From Planctomycetota bacterium (GTDB taxonomy: Bacteria > Planctomycetota > UBA11346): DNA of 11,568 nt. The notes under the pieces are model-generated. The model ran no database searches and was not told the DNA's origin. It saw only the letters and a list, made by a program, of their open reading frames with translations. Both the position numbers and the translations under genes were made by a program. Shown here in pieces: positions 7,374 to 11,568 of the stretch (its first letter is position 1; each line of letters begins with the position of its first letter). The stretch lies in assembly GCA_038213805.1 (NCBI GenBank), contig JBBQSO010000125.1:1-11568 (forward strand), in the 5' to 3' direction.

Positions 7374-8128
7374 GCGCCCGCTGCGCGACGCTGCGCCGCC
7401 TGCTCGCCGCCCTCGCCGCCTGCCTCCTGGCCGCCACCGCGCAGGCCAGGGACTGCGTGCTGGTCTCCTGCAACGTCTGGATGGACGACGCGAGCGGACA
7501 GGCCGGCCGCTACGAGCAGTTGCTCGCCGACCTCGCGACGCACGACGCCGACCTGATCGCGCTGCAGGAGGTCACCCCGGCCCTCCTGGAGCGCTTGGCG
7601 GCCTTCGCCGCGCAACACCACTACCGGCTGCTCGGGGGTCCCATCGAGGAATACGGCAACCTGATCCTGACGCGCCTGGAAGTGACCGCGTTCCAGGAGC
7701 TGCGCCTGCCCTCGCACATGGGCCGCAAGGCGCTCATCGCCACGGTGCTGGTCGCCGGCGCACCCACGGTCTTCGCCTGCGTCCACCTCGACAGCATGCT
7801 CGAAGACACCGAGCGCCGGAAGCTGCAGCTCCAGGCGGTATTCGCGCAGGTCGGGTCCAAGCGCGCGGTGGTCCTCGGCGACTGCAACTTTGGCGACGGC
7901 GAGGCCGAGAACGTGCTCGCCAAGGACTACGTCGACACCGGCGCGAGTGACCTGTCGCCGACCTTCGACCGCGAGGGCAACGCGCACGCCCGCGTTACCG
8001 GCTTCAACGACGAGAAGTCGCGGCGGATCGACCGCATCTTCCACTCCCCCGATCTGACCCTGGACGGCTACCACGTCTTCCGCAATGAGGACTCCGACCA
8101 CTACGCGATCGGTGCGAGCCTCCGGTGA
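7370..8128 (+). CDS. Exported endonuclease/exonuclease/phosphatase (EEP) family protein, TDP2-like
   Basis: EEP motifs SCNVW, DLIALQEV, VHLDS, LGDCN, RIDRIF and SDHYAI. Signal-peptide-like N-terminus ending AQA. Confidence 0.9.
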   Translation: MSARCATLRRLLAALAACLLAATAQARDCVLVSCNVWMDDASGQAGRYEQLLADLATHDADLIALQEVTPALLERLAAFAAQHHYRLLGGPIEEYGNLILTRLEVTAFQELRLPSHMGRKALIATVLVAGAPTVFACVHLDSMLEDTERRKLQLQAVFAQVGSKRAVVLGDCNFGDGEAENVLAKDYVDTGASDLSPTFDREGNAHARVTGFNDEKSRRIDRIFHSPDLTLDGYHVFRNEDSDHYAIGASLR

Positions 8129-8448
8129 ACGGCCCGGACCTTCACGTCTGGCTCGACGACGCCCGCCAGGAACCACCGGGCTGGATCCGTGTTTATTGGC
8201 CGGCCGAGGCGATCGCGCTGCTCGCGACCGGAAGCGTCACGGTCATCAGCCTCGACCACGACCTCGGCGATGATGGCATCGGCACCGGCTATGACGTCGC
8301 GCGCTGGCTTGAGGAGCAGGTCGTCATGCACGGCTTCACGCCACCCGAAGTGCGCGTCCATTCCGCGAACCCGGTCGGCCGTACGCGCATGCTGCAGGCC
8401 ATCACCAGCATGCGCCGTCATCTCGACAGGCGGGCCGATACGCAGTGA
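8125..8448 (+). CDS. Cyclic-phosphate-processing receiver (cREC) domain protein
   Basis: VWLDDAR..P.GW.RV..P.EAI.LL..G.V..ISLDHDLG...GTGYDV..WLEE...VHSANPVG..RM is the family signature. The GTG start overlaps the EEP stop (GTGA). Confidence 0.88.
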   Translation: MNGPDLHVWLDDARQEPPGWIRVYWPAEAIALLATGSVTVISLDHDLGDDGIGTGYDVARWLEEQVVMHGFTPPEVRVHSANPVGRTRMLQAITSMRRHLDRRADTQ

Positions 8449-8463
8449 GGCTGATCCCCCGCC

Positions 8464-8985
8464 TCAACCCACCGTCGCCGGCTCGGCGGGGCGCCGGCGA
8501 CGCAGGATCGCAGTTGATGGCTGGTCGTATTCGCGGGTCAGGCGCGGGTAGATGGCGAGTTCGCGCTCGATCGGGGCGGCGAGCATCGTCCAGTATCGCA
8601 CATAGTCCTCCTGGGCCATGGCGCAGCGCGCGATGCGGCCCTGCCTCAGCGCCTCCTGGAGGAGCGGACGCTCCTGCCGCCAGTACCAGTCGAGCAGGCA
8701 GCAGAAGGCGATGCGCGAGGACGGCGCCAGCAGCGCCGGCAGGCGCAGGATGTGCTCCTGCAGAAGCTGGCACGAGACCATCACGCGCAGCAGCGGCTCG
8801 CCGTCCTCGCTGCGCGTCATGGCGCGCTGCACATCGCGCAGGGCGCGGATCTCGAAGGTGATATCGGCCAGCAGCTGGCTGAATGGACCAGCCAGGTCGT
8901 CGGGGCAGCTGTATGCGGCGTTCGCTTCCACAACCTGGAGTTTAGCCACGCGGCGCTGGTGCCGCAATGCTGCCTGATGATGCAT
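8464..8985 (-). CDS. Hypothetical all-helical protein (~173 aa)
   Basis: The ORF fills the gap between cREC and coaD with GC3-rich codons and a protein-like composition. Start ATG 8983-8985 is uncertain. Confidence 0.6.
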   Translation of the reverse strand: MHHQAALRHQRRVAKLQVVEANAAYSCPDDLAGPFSQLLADITFEIRALRDVQRAMTRSEDGEPLLRVMVSCQLLQEHILRLPALLAPSSRIAFCCLLDWYWRQERPLLQEALRQGRIARCAMAQEDYVRYWTMLAAPIERELAIYPRLTREYDQPSTAILRRRRPAEPATVG

Positions 8986-9110
8986 GCGCCAATGATGCGG
9001 GCCCTGCAGATGGAGCGCATCGCTGATACCGCATAAAGTGCGCACATTCCCGAGCGGACGCGTGGATGACCGCCCTGCGAGCAGACGCGGTCTGCCAAGC
9101 GCCAAGCAGG

Positions 9111-9569
9111 CTACTTCTGGAGCGCCGCCGCGACCCGCGGTCCGACCAGGCCGGTGAGGTCCAGGCCCGCGTCGGCGGTGAGCCGCACCAGACGCGAGCT
9201 GATGTGCAGGTGCTCGCTCGACGAAAGCAGCAGCAGGGTCTCAAAGCCGTTGGCGCGGTTGACCATGGCCATGGCCTGCTCGGCCTCCAGGTCGTTGGCG
9301 TTGCGCAGGCCGCGCAGCAGCGCACCAGCGCCGAGCGCGCGCGCCGCCTGCACGGTAGCGCCCTGGTACGAGACCACGCTGACATTGCGTAGCGTCGCGC
9401 AGTCTGCGCGCAGCAGGGCGAGACGCTGCTCGATGGCCAGGTAGGGCGCCTTGTCGGGATTGACCGCGATGCCGACCACCAGCTCGTCGACCAGCGCCGC
9501 GGCGCGGCGGATCAGCTCGAGGTGGCCGAGGTGCGGCGGATCGAAGCTGCCGGGGTAGAGGGCCTTCAT
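9111..9569 (-). CDS. coaD: Phosphopantetheine adenylyltransferase
   Basis: MKALYPGSFDPPHLGHLELI (HxGH), NPDK, LLRGLR..D.E.E..MA.VNR and ISSRLVR. ATG at 9567-9569. Confidence 0.96.
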   Translation of the reverse strand: MKALYPGSFDPPHLGHLELIRRAAALVDELVVGIAVNPDKAPYLAIEQRLALLRADCATLRNVSVVSYQGATVQAARALGAGALLRGLRNANDLEAEQAMAMVNRANGFETLLLLSSSEHLHISSRLVRLTADAGLDLTGLVGPRVAAALQK

Positions 9570-9575
9570 GGGTGG

Positions 9576-9603
9576 ATGATGGCCGCGGGCGCGGCGATGG
9601 CAA
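9576..9603 (-). promoter_or_regulatory. Candidate promoter for a leaderless coaD mRNA
   Basis: Minus strand TTGCCA (9603-9598)-N16-CATCAT (9581-9576)-N6-ATG, with no SD before the ATG. Confidence 0.4.
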
Positions 9604-9610
9604 ATGACGG

Positions 9611-9630
9611 GACGGCTGATGGCTATCAGC
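9611..9630. repeat. Internal remnant of the terminal heptamer family forming a mini-hairpin
   Basis: GACGGCT GATGGCT ATCAGC; GCTGAT (9615-9620) pairs with ATCAGC (9625-9630). Confidence 0.55.
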
Positions 9631-9751
9631 GGGCATGCAACCAGATCATGGGATCGCGAGCGCAACTGCGTTCATCTGCAGCCCAGGGCGTTGCCCTGCT
9701 CATTACCCACAAGTCAGAAGGGCATGCTGCATGTCACAGGACCGAGTGCTG

Positions 9752-10040
9752 TCTGCCCAGAGCGCCAACGGCGCGGCCAGTGGACCAGCCCAGGGCGAAG
9801 CCCTGGGGAGTGAAAAATATAATTCTGAGCCCTGAAGGGGCGGTTCATATGGATCGACATCAGCGAAGAAGGATCGCGCACGAACGCCTTGTCGGGGCAT
9901 GGCAGGAGCACGGTAACAGCACCAGGTTTTCATGGTGCCATGGGCCGCCCCTTCAGGGCTCTCGCATCATTTTATTCCCATGAACCCAGGGAGCTGCCCT
10001 GGGCTGCCCGTCTGGTCGCGCCGTTGGCGCTCAAGGCAGA
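9752..10040. mobile_element. REPIN/MITE-like non-autonomous element: ~100-bp imperfect inverted arms, each with three short palindromes
   Basis: Arm 9752-9848 matches the reverse complement of 9940-10040 (TCTGCC..GAGCGCCAACGGCGCG.CCAG...CAGCCCAGGGC...CCCTGGG...GAGCCCTGAAGGGGCGG..CAT) across a ~91-nt spacer. The DNA is intergenic and lower in GC. Confidence 0.75.
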
Positions 10041-10112
10041 AGGCCTATCGGCCCGTGGTTTCAGCCGGCGCAGGGTTGTGCGCAATGGACACGGCACCGC
10101 CCTGGGTGGCCT

Positions 10113-10829
10113 TCACCGGATGTCTTCCTCGAGGCGCGAGATCAGATCGGCGGAGAGGATCTCCTCGCCGCCGTCATCGAGGTGGACGATGCGCACGGAT
10201 TGCAGCACGCCATCCGCGTCGGTGCGCTTGGAGAGGATGTAGCACACCAGGCTGCCGCCGTTCTTGAACAGGATGCGGTCGGGGCGGCCGAGGTCGGCGG
10301 GTGGCTCGACAGCGAGTGAGGGCTTCTTTCCGGCCACGACGTCAACGGCCGTACCGTCGGCGGGCTTCTCGCCCTTGCCATCCTTGCCGTCTTTCCCGTC
10401 TTTGCCCTCCTGCTCTTTTTTCTTCTTGGCTTCTTCCAGGTCCTTCAACTTCTTATCCTGCTCGGCGGACTTCTTCTCGGCGTCCTTCTCTTTGGTGCGG
10501 GCGGACAGCCACTGCCCCCAGGCGGCGCCGGTGTCTGCGGTCGGATAGCCGGGGTAGCCGGCGCTGCGGTTGCGCGAGGTCGGCTGCAGACCGGTGCGGC
10601 TGCGCAGCGCGGCGACCGCCGCATCGTGCGCCTGGCGGTCGTCGACGGCGGTGACCAACAGGGCCAGGACGACGTCGTCGGGCAGCGAGCCGATGGCACC
10701 GATGGCGTCCTTCTTGGCCACGCTGTCGTCGCTGGCCATGGCCTTCTTGAAGGCGGCGGCGGGATCGGCGGCGCCAAGCAGACCCGCCATCATGGCGAGA
10801 AGCAGCAGGCGGAGGGCGGCGATACGCAT
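10113..10829 (-). CDS. Exported hypothetical protein: signal peptide, HEAT-like helical region, Lys/Glu-rich linker with GKD repeats, small C-terminal beta domain
   Basis: Signal peptide MRIAALRLLLLAMMAGLLGA, GKDGKDGKDGKGEK at 10365-10406 and C-terminal DRILFKNGGSL. SD-like AGAGG upstream. Confidence 0.8.
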   Translation of the reverse strand: MRIAALRLLLLAMMAGLLGAADPAAAFKKAMASDDSVAKKDAIGAIGSLPDDVVLALLVTAVDDRQAHDAAVAALRSRTGLQPTSRNRSAGYPGYPTADTGAAWGQWLSARTKEKDAEKKSAEQDKKLKDLEEAKKKKEQEGKDGKDGKDGKGEKPADGTAVDVVAGKKPSLAVEPPADLGRPDRILFKNGGSLVCYILSKRTDADGVLQSVRIVHLDDGGEEILSADLISRLEEDIR

Positions 10830-10846
10830 GGGAATGGCCTCTGGGA

Positions 10847-11410
10847 CTACGCCACGGGGGTGGCGAGCATGTCCTGAGCCAGTTTAGCCGATATTTCCCC
10901 TCCGGCCAAGCGCCGGGCGAGGGTCAGGCCCAGCGCCATGGCCGTGCCGGCCGCCTGGCTGGTCACCAGGTTGCCGTCCTCGACCACCGCCTGGTCGAGC
11001 CAGGCGCCGACATGGGGCTCGACCTGGGCGCGCACGCCGGGGAAGGAGGTGACCCGGCGTCCCACGCCCAAGCCGTTCGGCACCAAGGCGATGGCGCTGG
11101 CGCAGATGATCGCGAGGGTGCGCCCCGAGGCGAGCTGCCGGGCCATCAGGGCCTGCACGCGTGCATCGTCGCGCATGGTGGTCGCGCTGCCCAGGCCGCC
11201 GGGCAGGTAGACCAGGTCGAAGGTGCGGTCACCGAGCGCATCCAGCGTGGTGTGCGCGCCCAGCGGCAGGCCGCGGCTGCCCAGCACCTGCGGCAGCGGC
11301 GTGGTGCTGGCGATCAGCACCTGCTGTCCGGCGCGCACCAGCACATCGGCGACGGTCATGGTTTCGATCTCCTCGGCGCCGGGAGCGAGGATGACGAGGA
11401 CCGTGGCCAT
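10847..11410 (-). CDS. DJ-1/PfpI family protein (YajL/ThiJ-like)
   Basis: LAPGAEEIE (conserved Glu), DVLVRAG, DLVYLPGG, catalytic IICAS and VVEDGNLVTSQAAGTA. SD GGAG is 8 nt upstream of the ATG. Confidence 0.93.
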   Translation of the reverse strand: MATVLVILAPGAEEIETMTVADVLVRAGQQVLIASTTPLPQVLGSRGLPLGAHTTLDALGDRTFDLVYLPGGLGSATTMRDDARVQALMARQLASGRTLAIICASAIALVPNGLGVGRRVTSFPGVRAQVEPHVGAWLDQAVVEDGNLVTSQAAGTAMALGLTLARRLAGGEISAKLAQDMLATPVA

Positions 11411-11434
11411 GGCTGATGCTCCGCAGACGGGGAC

Positions 11435-11568
11435 CTGATGGCTGATGGCTGATGGCTGATGGCTGATGGCTGATGGCTGATGGCTGATGGCTGATGGCTG
11501 ATGGCTGATGGCTGATGGCTGATGGCTGATGGCTGATGGCTGATGGCTGATGGCTGATGGCTGATGGC
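11435..11568. repeat. Perfect heptamer tandem array (CTGATGG)19 + C, running off the right edge
   Basis: Read directly; it is the same unit as 1-116 on the opposite strand. Confidence 0.99.

Noticed and set aside
8515..8524. TGATGGCTG match to the terminal heptamer
   Set aside because: It is a single short match inside a coding region and compatible with chance.
9026..9050. ECF-sigma-like promoter GGAAT-N16-GTAT on the minus strand upstream of the hypothetical gene
   Set aside because: The motif is too short to support without a known cognate sigma factor or start-site data.
9522..10267. Small ORFs across the coaD upstream region
   Set aside because: They have atypical codon usage and no motifs, and they are explained by the inverted-repeat element. 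No transposase remnant was recognisable.
1..11568. Linear plasmid, phage or composite transposon with terminal inverted repeats
   Set aside because: There are no replication, terminal-protein, protelomerase, transposase, integrase or virion genes, and the cargo is housekeeping. It is kept only as a low-probability alternative in the findings.

Overview
High-GC bacterial chromosomal DNA, tentatively Planctomycetota-like judging only from protein style. Both ends are perfect arrays of one heptamer in inverted orientation: (AGCCATC)16 on the left and (CTGATGG)19 on the right. The window is probably a whole contig broken at these arrays. From left to right the genes are eboA-like (-), the 2H phosphoesterase thpR/ligT (+), a stand-alone ClpA/C-type D2 AAA+ ATPase with an IGF loop (+), and two coupled membrane GGDEF diguanylate cyclases (-). 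Next come hisB (+) and a translationally coupled four-gene string: a membrane protein, a DUF2007-like membrane protein, an exported TDP2-like EEP phosphodiesterase and a cyclic-phosphate-processing receiver domain. After these are a hypothetical gene (-), coaD (-), a ~290-bp REPIN/MITE-like inverted repeat, an exported hypothetical protein (-) and a DJ-1/YajL protein (-). The best leads are the heptamer repeats (three different 7-mer families at gene boundaries), the single-ring Clp ATPase, the cREC/EEP/2H phosphate-end-processing genes, the cyclase pair that differs at the I-site, and the REPIN-like element. All calls come from reading motifs by eye; no searches were run.
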